A DNA stretch of 64,000 bases from Gemmatimonadota bacterium (lineage in GTDB: Bacteria > Gemmatimonadota > Gemmatimonadetes > Gemmatimonadales > Gemmatimonadaceae): positions 383,492 to 447,491 of the forward strand of contig JAZJZK010000007.1 in NCBI GenBank assembly GCA_040389905.1, read 5' to 3'. How positions within the stretch are numbered: the first letter of the stretch is position 1; each line of letters opens with the position of its first letter. The translations under genes and the position numbers were made by a program. This document shows positions 9,243 through 19,734 of the stretch, one piece after another. The notes beneath the pieces were generated by a model, which was given only the letters and a program-made list of their open reading frames with translations, was not told the DNA's origin and did not search any database.

Positions 9243-9294
9243 CACCGCTAAACGCAGTTCCATACGCCTTTCCAACACCGTCGATCAGAGAGAC

Positions 9295-9960
9295 CTACCT
9301 CTCGATCACGCGCATCCCCGGCTGGACCGTAAACTTGAACGCCGCATCGTCCACCGGCACGTTCGTCTTGAATGACGTCAGGTGCACCTTGCGCTCCATC
9401 CCACTCGCATCGACCACCATGAATTGCCGAATGGTCGCATCTGCATCGTCGATCCACACCACAGCAGACTTGAAGGGGGCACTCGACTCCGACTTTGGAA
9501 TCAGGTTGTAGCTATGCGTGGCGTGTCCACTCACGACGAGCGTGCCGGCAGCGCTCACCGTGTACTTCGTCCTCGGCGAGGTCAGGAACTGTGCACTGAG
9601 ATCGACGGTGCCCGTGCCAACCGAACTTTGCGCGGACTTGATGACCTGATCCGGGGCGCTACTCGGCAAGTACATCCACACGTACTTGCCGTCGGCCACG
9701 ATGCGATCATTGGCGGGCGCCGCGAAGGTGACGGCCAGCTTGCCGGGACGCAGTTGCTGGTACTCGCCGCTCGACGTGAGCGTGCGGCCGGTCAAGGCGT
9801 TGGTGATCGTCTGCTCGAACGTCGCGCGCGCGGTCTTGACCTTGGTCCACGCCGCGACGGCACGGTCGAGCAGGTCATCCTGGCGGCGCGGCGCACTCGC
9901 CGCGGTGGTCGTCAGCAGCGTCGCGGCGAGCGCGACGGTGATTGGCAGGTATCGAGTCAT
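9295..9960 (-). CDS. lolA: Outer-membrane lipoprotein carrier LolA-like protein
   Basis: Signal peptide, ATFEQT, RPGKLAV, IVADGKYVWMYLP, FKFTVQPGM. Confidence 0.82.
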   Translation of the reverse strand: MTRYLPITVALAATLLTTTAASAPRRQDDLLDRAVAAWTKVKTARATFEQTITNALTGRTLTSSGEYQQLRPGKLAVTFAAPANDRIVADGKYVWMYLPSSAPDQVIKSAQSSVGTGTVDLSAQFLTSPRTKYTVSAAGTLVVSGHATHSYNLIPKSESSAPFKSAVVWIDDADATIRQFMVVDASGMERKVHLTSFKTNVPVDDAAFKFTVQPGMRVIER

Positions 9961-9967
9961 GATAGTC

Positions 9968-11020
9968 CTACCCTTGCGCCGCACCGCCAGTTCCGACAGG
10001 CGCCGAGATCGAGCGCCCAATGGCCTCCGCGATCGACCGTGCTTCGCGCACCAGTCGCGCCAATTGGTCGGGATACAGCGACTGGCCGCCATCCGACATC
10101 GCCTGGTCTGGGTTCGGATGCATTTCGACGAGCAGGCCATCCGCACCGGCCGCGATTGCGGCGCGACCCATCGGAATCACCTTGTCGCGCAGGCCGGTGC
10201 CGTGACTCGGATCAGCGACAATGGGAAGGTGTGACAGCTTCTGCACGAGCGGAATCGCGGTGAGGTCGAACAGATTTCGCGTCGCGTTGTCGAAGCTTCG
10301 TATGCCGCGCTCGCACAGGATGACCTGCGTGTTACCCTCCGCCAGCAGATACTCGGCGCTGAGGAGCAGGTCGGTGATCGTTGCGGCCATCCCGCGCTTG
10401 AGCAGCACCGGCTTGCCGAGACGGCCGATGGTTCTGAGCAGCGAGTAGTTCTGCATGTTGCGCGCGCCGATCTGGATGCAGTCGGCCACCTCTGCGACGA
10501 GGTGCGCCCCCTCTTCGTCGAGCGCTTCCGTCACGATGGCGAGCCCCGTTTCTGCGCGCGCGAGCGCGAGCAGCTCGAGTCCTTTCTTGCCGAGCCCCTG
10601 GAATGAGTAGGGCGAACTGCGCGGCTTGAATGCGCCGCCGCGCAAGGCGGTGGCGCCGGCGTCGCGCACCTGTTGCGCGGCCAGTACGATCTGATGCTCG
10701 TTCTCGACGGAGCATGGACCGGCGATGATGGGGATATCCGTGCCACCAAACACCACGCCCGGCGCGATGGTCACGAGCGTGTTCTCCGGCCGCCATTCGC
10801 GCGATACCTGCTTATAGGGGCGTGACACATGGATGACTTCCGCCACGCCGGAGAGCGATTCGAGGCGTGATCCGTCGACGCGCCCGTCATTGCCGACGAG
10901 ACCAACGGTGGTCCGCTGAGCGCCGGGCATCGGGCGTGCCTCGTACCCCATCTCTCCAATCACCTCGACGACGCGCGCAATCTGCGTGTCCGTCGCATCC
11001 GTCTGCATCACGACCAGCAT
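9968..11020 (-). CDS. aroF: DAHP synthase (class I-beta with N-terminal regulatory domain)
   Basis: IAGPCSVE, GGAFKPRSSPYSFQG, IGARNMQN, ADPSHGTG. Confidence 0.95.
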   Translation of the reverse strand: MLVVMQTDATDTQIARVVEVIGEMGYEARPMPGAQRTTVGLVGNDGRVDGSRLESLSGVAEVIHVSRPYKQVSREWRPENTLVTIAPGVVFGGTDIPIIAGPCSVENEHQIVLAAQQVRDAGATALRGGAFKPRSSPYSFQGLGKKGLELLALARAETGLAIVTEALDEEGAHLVAEVADCIQIGARNMQNYSLLRTIGRLGKPVLLKRGMAATITDLLLSAEYLLAEGNTQVILCERGIRSFDNATRNLFDLTAIPLVQKLSHLPIVADPSHGTGLRDKVIPMGRAAIAAGADGLLVEMHPNPDQAMSDGGQSLYPDQLARLVREARSIAEAIGRSISAPVGTGGAAQG

Positions 11021-11787
11021 CAGTCTTCCTCGATCTCGAATGCGGCCAGGTCGCTGGCGAGCGACACCGGACCCGCATAGTGGGCCGCCACGGCGCCACG
11101 CACGTCTGTGCGCTCGACTGGCGGGTAGAAATGCGTCAACACGAGATGCCTCGGCAGTGCGGCGGCCGCGAGTGCACCGCACTGCTCCGGAGTCATGTGC
11201 TCCGGTATCGCCATCTCCGCGGGCAACGAGCACTCGCAGAGCAACAGATCCGCTCCCCGCGCCCACTCCCCGAACATGGGGTCATAACCCGTGTCGCCGG
11301 TATACACGATACGACGGCCACCGCGGACAACGGAATATGCCACACTCTCTGCGGTGTGGGGAACCTTGGTCGCGCTGAGCGTCGTTCCGTCGCCGAGCTC
11401 CACGCGCTCGCCGGGGACGATTTCCTGCACCGTCATTGGAAACCCCGGATCCGTCACCCACGCACCGAACGCGTCCGCAAGCTTCGCCAATAGCGCCAGC
11501 AGCCCCACCGGCCCGAGGACGACTAACGGCGCTGACCGCCCGGGAAGGCTGCCGTACTTCCATGCGAATACGAGCGTCGCGAAATCGCCGATGTGGTCGG
11601 TGTGAAAATGCGTAAAGGCGACGTGGGTGATCTCGCGCCACGCGATTCCGCCCTCCGCGAGCCGATGCGTGACGCCACTGCCGCAGTCGAGAAGCAATCG
11701 GACGGATCCCGCTTCGACGAGATGTCCAGCGCACACCCGTTCAGGAGACAGCGCCACCGTGCCAGTGCCCAGCGTCGTGAGTCGCAT
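11020..11787 (-). CDS. MBL-fold hydrolase (RNase Z/BN-like)
   Basis: LGTGT, LDCGSG, THFHTDH, YTGDTG, HMTP, LTHFY. Confidence 0.85.
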   Translation of the reverse strand: MRLTTLGTGTVALSPERVCAGHLVEAGSVRLLLDCGSGVTHRLAEGGIAWREITHVAFTHFHTDHIGDFATLVFAWKYGSLPGRSAPLVVLGPVGLLALLAKLADAFGAWVTDPGFPMTVQEIVPGERVELGDGTTLSATKVPHTAESVAYSVVRGGRRIVYTGDTGYDPMFGEWARGADLLLCECSLPAEMAIPEHMTPEQCGALAAAALPRHLVLTHFYPPVERTDVRGAVAAHYAGPVSLASDLAAFEIEED

Positions 11788-12821
11788 CAGGGCCAGTACA
11801 CGATCTTCTTGATTGGAATTCCCTTGCCGTCCATCGTAAGGCGGACGAGATACACGCCGCCCGGAACCTGTCGGCCATTGTCCGCCGTGCCGTCCCACGC
11901 CAACCGATCGTCACAGCCACTCGCCGCCACTTTTCGCCCGTAACGGCCGGGCTCCAGGTGCGCCGGCAATTGTCCAGGAATCAGCGTCTTCACCTTGTTG
12001 CCGCGAAGGTCCAGGATGGTCAACTCCACCTGTGCGGCGCGATGAAGGTCGAACCAGATGCAGGTGGTTTGCGACGACGGGTTGGGAAACGGGTTGGGGA
12101 AATTCTGATACAGGAGCGTCGCGTCTGGCGCACCACTTGGCGCAATGATGAAGCTCGATTCGCTGCTCGCGACGGCGCTGTCGAGCGCAAATCGAGGGTC
12201 CGCGAGACGGGCGATGACCTTCCAGCGGTAGCTCGTGTTCGCCTGCAGGGAGTCAGGTATGACGAAGACAGTGTCCGTGATCCCCAGTTGCGACCGCGTC
12301 TCTTGAAGCGCCACGTTCGTGATGGAAAGTTCGTAGACCCATGGGCCGGGTGGCGACGTGACGCTCGCACTTTTCCATGCGAACTGGGGAAGACGCGACA
12401 ACAGCGTCACGCTTGTGCGGCCATTCGGAGAGAGCAAGCTAAGCCGTCGTCCCGTACGCCCCGCAGGTAACACGGTCTGTGTGACCATCGTTTGGCCAGC
12501 GGAGTTCAGCACCGAGGCTTCGACGAAAATGTCCGCGTTCTCCGGTAGGAGGCGCGACACGGTGAAGCGTCCTTCGGGCGCCGCAATCACGGAGTCGAGC
12601 ACGACGAGCCCGAAGCTCGCATTCAGCGAGAGCCGAAGACGAACCCGAGGCTGCGTCCCCAGCGGAAAGCCGCCGGCTCGCACCGTGATCTCCGGTGCCG
12701 CGGGAAACGGATCCTCGCGCGGCAACTCGATGGCGACCGTCGTCTGCGCATCACCGCGGATGGGGAACGCCGCGACAGCCAGCAGGGCGACGACCAGTAC
12801 CAGTGTTCCGCGGACGGACAT
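11787..12821 (-). CDS. Secreted protein with Fn3-like and C-terminal FlgD-Ig-like domains
   Basis: Signal peptide; LYQNFPNPF...WDGTADNGRQVPGGVYLVRL. Confidence 0.7.
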   Translation of the reverse strand: MSVRGTLVLVVALLAVAAFPIRGDAQTTVAIELPREDPFPAAPEITVRAGGFPLGTQPRVRLRLSLNASFGLVVLDSVIAAPEGRFTVSRLLPENADIFVEASVLNSAGQTMVTQTVLPAGRTGRRLSLLSPNGRTSVTLLSRLPQFAWKSASVTSPPGPWVYELSITNVALQETRSQLGITDTVFVIPDSLQANTSYRWKVIARLADPRFALDSAVASSESSFIIAPSGAPDATLLYQNFPNPFPNPSSQTTCIWFDLHRAAQVELTILDLRGNKVKTLIPGQLPAHLEPGRYGRKVAASGCDDRLAWDGTADNGRQVPGGVYLVRLTMDGKGIPIKKIVYWP

Positions 12822-15800
12822 CAGGAAATGGCTGCGGCCTCGTCCGCTGCTGGTGTTTCCACCGCGACCTGCGCGTTCTCGTCCTCCGTCGACGGCCCGC
12901 GCATCCGAACGCTCACGAGCTTCGAAACACCGGGTTCCTGCATCGTCACACCGTAGACCGCGTCGCCCGCCTCCGTCGTGGTGCGCGGGTTGTGCGTGAT
13001 GACGATGAACTGCGTGCGCCCCTTGAACTGATTCAGCATCTTCACGAACCGGCCGACATTCGCGTCGTCGAGCGGTGCGTCCACCTCGTCCAGCAAACAG
13101 AAGGGGCTCGGCTTCGTCAGGAAGATGCCGAAGAGCAGGGAGAGTGCGACGAGCGCGCGCTCACCGCTCGACAACAGGTTGATCCGTTGCGTCTTCTTGC
13201 CACGCGGGGACGCGTGAATCTCGATGTCGCAGTCCAGCGGCGCATCGCGATTCTCGAGGCGCAGGTCGCACTCACCGCCCCCGAAGAGTGACATGAAGAT
13301 TTCGCGAAAGTTGATGCGCACCTGCTCGAACGTCGCCATGAACAACTCACGCGCCGTCGCATCGATCTCCTTGATGGCCTGCAACAACGACGTTCGCGCA
13401 TCGGACAGGTCGGTCCGCTGCGCCGCCAGGAAATCATGGCGTTTCACGGTTTCTTCGTGCTCTTCGATGGCCAGCGCGTTTACGGGACCCAACTGCTCCA
13501 ACTGCTGGCGCAGCTCGTCGGCTTCGCGCTTCAACGTCTCGTCGTCCACGTCGAGCGCGGGCACTTCGGCGATCATTTCCTCGAGCGGCCGCTTCCATTC
13601 CGTCTCGAGCCGTTCCCGGATGGCCGTGCGCCGGCCCGACAGTTCGGTGAAGCGAAGCTCGGCGTGATGTAGTTCGTCACTCACAGCGGTGGCCCGGCGA
13701 CGCACCTCGCTCAAGCCCGTCTCCGCCGCCGCCAGCATCTCGTTCGCGACGCGAACGGCGGACTCGGCGTCCGACAGGTTGGTCTCGCCATCCGTGAGCG
13801 TGGCTTCGCGTGTCTCGAGATCGAGCGTCCATGCCGCCATCTGCTCGGCGAGCGCGCCATCCGACTGTGCAAGCTCGCTCAACTCGATGCGAAGTTGGGC
13901 CAGGCGTTGCGATGCGGTGGCAACCTCGGTGGTCAGCCGGCGCTCCCGATCCACCGCCATTTGCACGCGCGCGCGGGATTGCGCCTGCTCGACCTGCCAC
14001 TTCGTGCGCCGCTCTCGCGCTTCTTCCTGCGCGTGCTCCGACGTTGCCGCGTGCTCACGTGCATCGGCGATGGCCTGCTCGCGGCTACTGGTCTCTTCGG
14101 CGATCGTCGCCGCCTCGAGGTCCAACGCATTCTGGCGCTCGGCCAATTCGAAGCGGCGCGCATTCAATCGCTCGGCAAGCGCCGCGGCGTCTTGCGCTTC
14201 CTTCGCCGCGCGCGCGACGCGCCGGCCAAGCTCTGTGTTCTGCTCGGCCGCAACTCGCGCCTGTTGCTGCGCGAGGGATGACGCCTCGGTTGCCTCGAGG
14301 ACGCGCGACTCGCTCATCGTCAACGCTTCGCGCATCGCGTCGGCTTTTTCCGACGCCACCTGCCGAGCGACGTCGAGCGCCTCGAGCTCGGATCGCAGCT
14401 CGGCAAGCTCGGCGCGGCGACGCAGCGGACCGGGGCCCGCCGTGGTTCCCGGCAGCCAGACTGCGCCGCGAGCGTCGACGAACGCGCTCCCGTGATCCAC
14501 CGAATGTACGTGGCCGAGGAGATTTCGCACCCACGCGCGCGCGGGAGCCGCCGCGTTCACCAGATGCGCGAGTGCGTCGGGCAACGGCTCGCCCGCGGAT
14601 TCCTCCGTCATCGCGTCGAGCGGGAGGAGCAGCAGTGGGCCCGGGTTCGTACTCGCATGCCACGCACGGACGGCGTCGGCGGCGGCACTGTCGCGCACGA
14701 GCACCGCATGTACCGAGTTTCCGAGGAACTTCTCGACGAGCAGCGCCGAGCCTTGATCTGCCCCGATGAAATCGGAGAGCGGGCCAAGAATCGCGCCGTC
14801 GCCAAAGGACTCGCGCTCCTGAAGCAGTCGCGATGCGGCCGGAGCAAGTCCCACGCGATCACGCTCGAGTTGCTCGAGCGCATTCACACGCCCCTGAAGG
14901 GTTGTGAGCGCCTCGTCGGCGCGGAACAGCTCCGCGCGCGCGAGCGACTCGCGTTCGCGTGTGTCCCGATCGGCGACGCGCGCGTCGTCGAGCTCAGCGA
15001 GCGCCATCGTCGCCAACTCCTGCGCCATTTCCGCTTCGGCCTGCGACGTCTCCTGCTGGCGCACGGCCAGTGCATGCGTATCGTCCAGCTGCGCGCGCTC
15101 GAGGGCGAGCGCGTCGCTCCGTTGCGTGACTTCGTCGAGCTCGCGCAGGGCACGCTCGCGCTCGTGTTCCACGCGTCGTGCGCGATCCTGAATCTCGCGG
15201 AGCCGGCGCTCGGCCGCGTCGACGGCGGCGCGAGCTTCACCCATCAGCCGGCGCACTTCGTTTTCCGCTGCCTGATGCTGCGCGAGCTCGGCGTCTGCCT
15301 GAGCCAATTCTTCCTGCACGCGCGCGAGGTCGGCGGCGGCCAGCTCGCGCTCAGCGGCGATCACCGTTCCCGTCTCCTCTCCTGCGGTTGCTTCCGCTTC
15401 CGCGCGCTGGCGACGCGATGTCGCGTTTCGCTGGCGCTCCTCCGCGACTGCCATCTCACCACGAATGCGCTGAACGCCCTCGCGTTGCGCTCCGACGAGC
15501 CGAGAGAGCTCGTTGCGCTGCGCTTCCGCCGCGGCGCGCGCATCCTGCGCCGTTTCCCGCGCCAGCTCGGCTTCCGCCATGCCGGCTTCCGTTGCGGGCA
15601 ACAGTTCGCGCAGCTCCGCGACGCGAACCTCGAGCCGCACGAGTTCCTCGCGCCAGGCTTCCATCGAACGTGCGGCGACCGACAGCTCGATCGTATAGCG
15701 TCGCGCCATGATCTCGGCGTGCCGCTCGGCGCGCCGGCGTTGGCGCGCAAGGCTGCGCACCTGGCTCGAGACTTCGTTGATGAGATCATCCAACCGCTGG

Positions 15801-16363
15801 AGATCACCCGTCGTCTCCTCGAGGCGACGTTCGGTGGTGCGCCGGCGATCGCGGTAGAGCCCAACACCAGCTGCCTCCTCGAACAACTCGCGCCGGTCGT
15901 CCGCTCGGTCGGAGAGCAGGGCATCGATCATCCGGCTTTCGATGACGACTCCGGTACCCGAGCCGAGCCCGGTTCCGCGCAGCATATCTGAGATGTCGCG
16001 CAACCGGCACGGCGCCCGGTTGAGGAAATAGTCGCTCTCACCCGACCGCGACAACCGGCGCGTGATGACGACCTCTTTGAAGGGCACCGGCAGGAGTCCT
16101 TCGTCATTGGAAAAATGCAGCGAGACTTCCGCGACGTTGACCGCGCGGCGCGCCGACGAGCCTTGGAAGATGACTTCATCCATCTTGGCGCCACGCATCA
16201 ATCGCGCACGCTGCTCGCCGAGCACCCACCGCACTGCGTCGGACACATTCGACTTGCCGCAGCCATTTGGTCCGACGATCGCCGTGACCCCGGGCTCGAA
16301 GACGAGGTCGGTGGCATCCGCGAACGACTTGAATCCTTGCAACTCGAGCTTGGTCAACCGCAC
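12821..16363 (-). CDS. smc: Chromosome segregation protein SMC
   Basis: GFKSFAD, GPNGCGKSN, coiled coils, hinge, LLSSGE, LLDEVDAPLD. Confidence 0.97.
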   Translation of the reverse strand: MRLTKLELQGFKSFADATDLVFEPGVTAIVGPNGCGKSNVSDAVRWVLGEQRARLMRGAKMDEVIFQGSSARRAVNVAEVSLHFSNDEGLLPVPFKEVVITRRLSRSGESDYFLNRAPCRLRDISDMLRGTGLGSGTGVVIESRMIDALLSDRADDRRELFEEAAGVGLYRDRRRTTERRLEETTGDLQRLDDLINEVSSQVRSLARQRRRAERHAEIMARRYTIELSVAARSMEAWREELVRLEVRVAELRELLPATEAGMAEAELARETAQDARAAAEAQRNELSRLVGAQREGVQRIRGEMAVAEERQRNATSRRQRAEAEATAGEETGTVIAAERELAAADLARVQEELAQADAELAQHQAAENEVRRLMGEARAAVDAAERRLREIQDRARRVEHERERALRELDEVTQRSDALALERAQLDDTHALAVRQQETSQAEAEMAQELATMALAELDDARVADRDTRERESLARAELFRADEALTTLQGRVNALEQLERDRVGLAPAASRLLQERESFGDGAILGPLSDFIGADQGSALLVEKFLGNSVHAVLVRDSAAADAVRAWHASTNPGPLLLLPLDAMTEESAGEPLPDALAHLVNAAAPARAWVRNLLGHVHSVDHGSAFVDARGAVWLPGTTAGPGPLRRRAELAELRSELEALDVARQVASEKADAMREALTMSESRVLEATEASSLAQQQARVAAEQNTELGRRVARAAKEAQDAAALAERLNARRFELAERQNALDLEAATIAEETSSREQAIADAREHAATSEHAQEEARERRTKWQVEQAQSRARVQMAVDRERRLTTEVATASQRLAQLRIELSELAQSDGALAEQMAAWTLDLETREATLTDGETNLSDAESAVRVANEMLAAAETGLSEVRRRATAVSDELHHAELRFTELSGRRTAIRERLETEWKRPLEEMIAEVPALDVDDETLKREADELRQQLEQLGPVNALAIEEHEETVKRHDFLAAQRTDLSDARTSLLQAIKEIDATARELFMATFEQVRINFREIFMSLFGGGECDLRLENRDAPLDCDIEIHASPRGKKTQRINLLSSGERALVALSLLFGIFLTKPSPFCLLDEVDAPLDDANVGRFVKMLNQFKGRTQFIVITHNPRTTTEAGDAVYGVTMQEPGVSKLVSVRMRGPSTEDENAQVAVETPAADEAAAIS

Positions 16364-17802
16364 TAGAACACTCTCCCCATTCGATATACCAGCGTCGGCG
16401 TGAGTCCTGCGCCGCGCACGGCGGCCGTAGCGAGCGCTGCTTGCTGCGGGCTCTCGTACGCGCCGAAGTAGATGTTGGCTATGAGGTCGGACTGACGCAG
16501 CGCATAGATCGGATCGCCCTGGCCCGCCAACCGCCTGAGTCGCGACGGAACATCCGCCACGGGAACGTCTGCCTGCACCAGAAAGGCAAAGGGTAACGAG
16601 GCGACACTCCCGGCATCAGGAGCGAGGACCTTTTGAGTGCGAAGCTGCACGAGCAGCGCCTCGGCGCTGGCGCGTGTTGGCTGCGCACCCGCTACAAGAA
16701 AATACCGACCTTGCGCGTCGACCGCGTATGTGGCTGCGGCGGCATTCAGAAAGCGTCCGCGAAGGCTCAGCAATGCGCCCGCTTTCGTGTTCGTCGCTTC
16801 CAGGCGCACGGCCCACGCCGCGGCGCCCGCGGAATCACGCGGATTCAGGACGACCAGCGGGGCATTGGCCGAATCGGGCACCGCAACGGCCGCATTCGCG
16901 CGCGCGATGCTGTCGCGCCTGGCGCTGTCCGCGCGCAACTTCATGCGAACCCGCTCCGCGGTACGCTCCGCCTCCAACTCGAGCGGCGATTTGCCACCAG
17001 GCAGACCGATCAGCCGTCCCACGGTCGAGAGAGGCCGGCCGGCAAGCCAGAGCCCGGCGAGAGAAAGCGAGAGGGTGAGAAGCACCCCCGCCGCGATTCC
17101 CGCGATCATGACATTTCGGCGTGTGCGAACTGACCGGGGGCGCGGAATCCGCACCGCCGCCAATGGCGCGTCCCCAGCCATGCTCATGCGCGGTGCTCGT
17201 ATCAACGTCGATGGTCGCGCGGGCGGCTCTTCCCTCGCCGCGGGCGCCTCCCGCACCGGCGTCGAGGCGCGCATCGGCTTCAACCAGGCCAGCGACTGCG
17301 CGACGGGAATCTCGGACGGCACCTTGTTCCCGACGATGACGAGGCCATCGGACGCATCGACCAGATCGCGTAGGCGCTCGGCAGTCACCGGCGCGACAAG
17401 AATCAGCAGGGCACCCACTTCACGGAAGCCCGTCATGAGTCGCTTCCAGCGCGGATTCCCGAATAGTTCCTCGTACTCGATGGGCGAAATACCGCTCGGC
17501 AGGATGAACAGCTCGCCGTCTTCCGGTACCGGATAGGCGATGCGGTTCAGCGACACCCCGAGGCTGAAGCTATCCGTGATGCCGTGCGCGTCGTCATCGT
17601 GAACAAGCGCCGTCAGGGGCGGCGCCTCGCCGAACAGGTCGCCCACCACGACACGCCGTCTCGACGACTGCGCACGCGCAACACCGAGCGCGACCTCCGC
17701 CGTTTCGGTCGAGTCTACCCCGACGATCACGACAGCATGACACGCGTCCAGGGTAGCGCCGAGCGCACGCCCTTGATCCGCCCAGGAGAGCGGAAGGTTC
17801 AC
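16363..17802 (-). CDS. Membrane protein: MinD/ParA-like N-domain, one TM, SPOR-like C-terminus
   Basis: VALGVARAQ..RRVVVGDL..., ELFILPSG, hydrophobic helix, IYFGAYESPQQA. Confidence 0.55.
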   Translation of the reverse strand: MNLPLSWADQGRALGATLDACHAVVIVGVDSTETAEVALGVARAQSSRRRVVVGDLFGEAPPLTALVHDDDAHGITDSFSLGVSLNRIAYPVPEDGELFILPSGISPIEYEELFGNPRWKRLMTGFREVGALLILVAPVTAERLRDLVDASDGLVIVGNKVPSEIPVAQSLAWLKPMRASTPVREAPAAREEPPARPSTLIRAPRMSMAGDAPLAAVRIPRPRSVRTRRNVMIAGIAAGVLLTLSLSLAGLWLAGRPLSTVGRLIGLPGGKSPLELEAERTAERVRMKLRADSARRDSIARANAAVAVPDSANAPLVVLNPRDSAGAAAWAVRLEATNTKAGALLSLRGRFLNAAAATYAVDAQGRYFLVAGAQPTRASAEALLVQLRTQKVLAPDAGSVASLPFAFLVQADVPVADVPSRLRRLAGQGDPIYALRQSDLIANIYFGAYESPQQAALATAAVRGAGLTPTLVYRMGRVF

Positions 17803-19271
17803 GGACCTCCCTCGTAGACCCAGAACTGCTGCTTGGATTCGCGTCCGACGCGCTCCGCTTCCTCCCGCGTGGGGTAGGGACCCAGGACGACGCGGTAGAT
17901 CGTTGATCCATCTCGCACCGACGGGACGACGCGCGCCGCGTCATTCCCCACCTTGATCTGCGCTGCCAGATCGCGCGCCTTGTCCTGCGCAAGGAGCGCT
18001 GCGAACGAAACGGTGAATCCCGCCGGGTGACGTGGGGCGGTGTCCTTCGGTGCGGGAACGATCGGCACGACCGTTGACGACTCGGGGCGCGCGCGGCCGC
18101 CGTCTGCCGGAGAGGCAGCGCCGGAATCCGGATTCCCGAATTGTACCGGCTTGTCGAGCCGTGCATCGCGCGGCCGGAAACCCGTCCACCGAAATGCAAA
18201 CCAGAAATCCGCCGCGCCGCCCTTCACGCGCGATGTTTCGCGCAAGGTTTCGCCATCGACAAGCGCTACGTCGTCGCCATCGGCAAGCGCAATACCGCCG
18301 TCCGGGGCGACGAACGGAAGATCTTCCCGCCATGCCGACGCCACGGCACCAATGACCCGGTTCGTTCCGAGCGCGATGACGAGCACGCTGTCGGAACCCT
18401 CCGGGCGCGCCAAGAGATAACGGCCGAGGGGATCCACCCGCAGGTCGGCTGCGTGACGCGCGATATCGATGCTGCCGCCAATGGCCTCGCGGAAACGATC
18501 CACGATCTCGACCGTCGTCCCACTCTTGGTGACGACGAACAGCCGGTCGCCACTCGGCGTCGCCTCGAGCACCTCGATCTCGTCGTCGAAACGAATACTC
18601 GTAGCGCGCTGCATGGTGCGCGTGCGGACCCCGGTCAGCTCGCGACCTGACCCGAGGTACAGGCGGTCGGCAACCTGCGTGCGCAGCGTGCGATTGACGC
18701 GCGACAACACGACGGAATCCGCGATCTTCGACGCGGGGGGCCGCAGTCGCCAGATCACACTGCTGTCACCGTGTTGCGCAAGGATCAGCAACGTGGCGTC
18801 AGGCTGCGGAAACACCGCACGCGCTGGCAGACGCGGACGCCAGCGGAATGGGCCACTCGGTCCGTAGCGTTCGACGAATCCGTCCGACGCAATGCCGTAG
18901 ATGTTCGACCCATCCCACGAGGCGAGGCTGGCGAGCTTGGTCTTGGTGACATTGCCAGCCACACCCTGACGGAAGTCCAGCCGCGCCGGCGCACCCTTCG
19001 TGTCCACGTACGAGATGATCCCCGCCTCTTCGTCGAACGCCAGCACACGCTCGGGCGAAGGCGCTGCCGAGGCGCGCCAGACGACGGTATCGAGTTTGGG
19101 ATAGGAATAAACGCGGGCTTCTCCGCCGGTCTTGGCGATGCGAAGCACAAGATGGTCCGGACCGCGCGGCGTCGTGACGGACGCGGTCGAGTCGGGCGTT
19201 TTCGGCGCGGACTTATCGTCGCGTCCGCACGCCGAGAGCGCGAGCACCAGCGTGAGCAGCGTCCATCGCAT
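17799..19271 (-). CDS. SPOR-domain lipoprotein with probable beta-propeller
   Basis: Lipobox LSAC; C-terminal YRVVLGPYPTREEAERVG. Confidence 0.78.
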   Translation of the reverse strand: MRWTLLTLVLALSACGRDDKSAPKTPDSTASVTTPRGPDHLVLRIAKTGGEARVYSYPKLDTVVWRASAAPSPERVLAFDEEAGIISYVDTKGAPARLDFRQGVAGNVTKTKLASLASWDGSNIYGIASDGFVERYGPSGPFRWRPRLPARAVFPQPDATLLILAQHGDSSVIWRLRPPASKIADSVVLSRVNRTLRTQVADRLYLGSGRELTGVRTRTMQRATSIRFDDEIEVLEATPSGDRLFVVTKSGTTVEIVDRFREAIGGSIDIARHAADLRVDPLGRYLLARPEGSDSVLVIALGTNRVIGAVASAWREDLPFVAPDGGIALADGDDVALVDGETLRETSRVKGGAADFWFAFRWTGFRPRDARLDKPVQFGNPDSGAASPADGGRARPESSTVVPIVPAPKDTAPRHPAGFTVSFAALLAQDKARDLAAQIKVGNDAARVVPSVRDGSTIYRVVLGPYPTREEAERVGRESKQQFWVYEGGP

Positions 19272-19323
19272 GGTCACGAAGATCCCTCGGCGGAACCGGT
19301 TGGAGTGGGTCGGCCTCTGCCCG

Positions 19324-19704
19324 TCAGCGCGTGGCGTCGGCCGTAATCGGTACGACCTTCGCATCCGCCCAGAGCCGCTCGATCTGATAGAAGTTGCGCA
19401 GCGTGGGATGAAATACGTGCACCACGAAATCCACATAATCCAGCAACACCCACCGGCCCTGGGACAAGCCCTCCGCATGGTGCGCCATCTGGCCGGTTTC
19501 CTTCTTCAAATCCTCCATCACCGAATTGCCCAGCGCGCGAACGTGCGTATCCGACGTGCCGCTTGCGATGAGGAAGTAGTCGGTCATATCCGACACGCCC
19601 TCGAGGCTCAGCAGGACGACGTCATTCGCCTTGCGGTCGAGGAGAATGGCGGCGGCCCTCTGCGCAAGCTCGGCAACCTGGGATTTTTCGGCGATTCGGG
19701 ACAT
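19324..19704 (-). CDS. rsfS: Ribosome silencing factor
   Basis: DRKANDVVLL, DYFLIASG, WVLLDYVDFVVHVF, FYQIERLW. Confidence 0.95.
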   Translation of the reverse strand: MSRIAEKSQVAELAQRAAAILLDRKANDVVLLSLEGVSDMTDYFLIASGTSDTHVRALGNSVMEDLKKETGQMAHHAEGLSQGRWVLLDYVDFVVHVFHPTLRNFYQIERLWADAKVVPITADATR

Positions 19705-19734
19705 TCAACGAACTCGGCTGGTGAAAACAAACTT

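Noticed and set aside
12821..16363. Wadjet/MksBEF defence SMC
   Set aside because: Canonical hinge-containing SMC with no jetABD/mksEFG neighbours.
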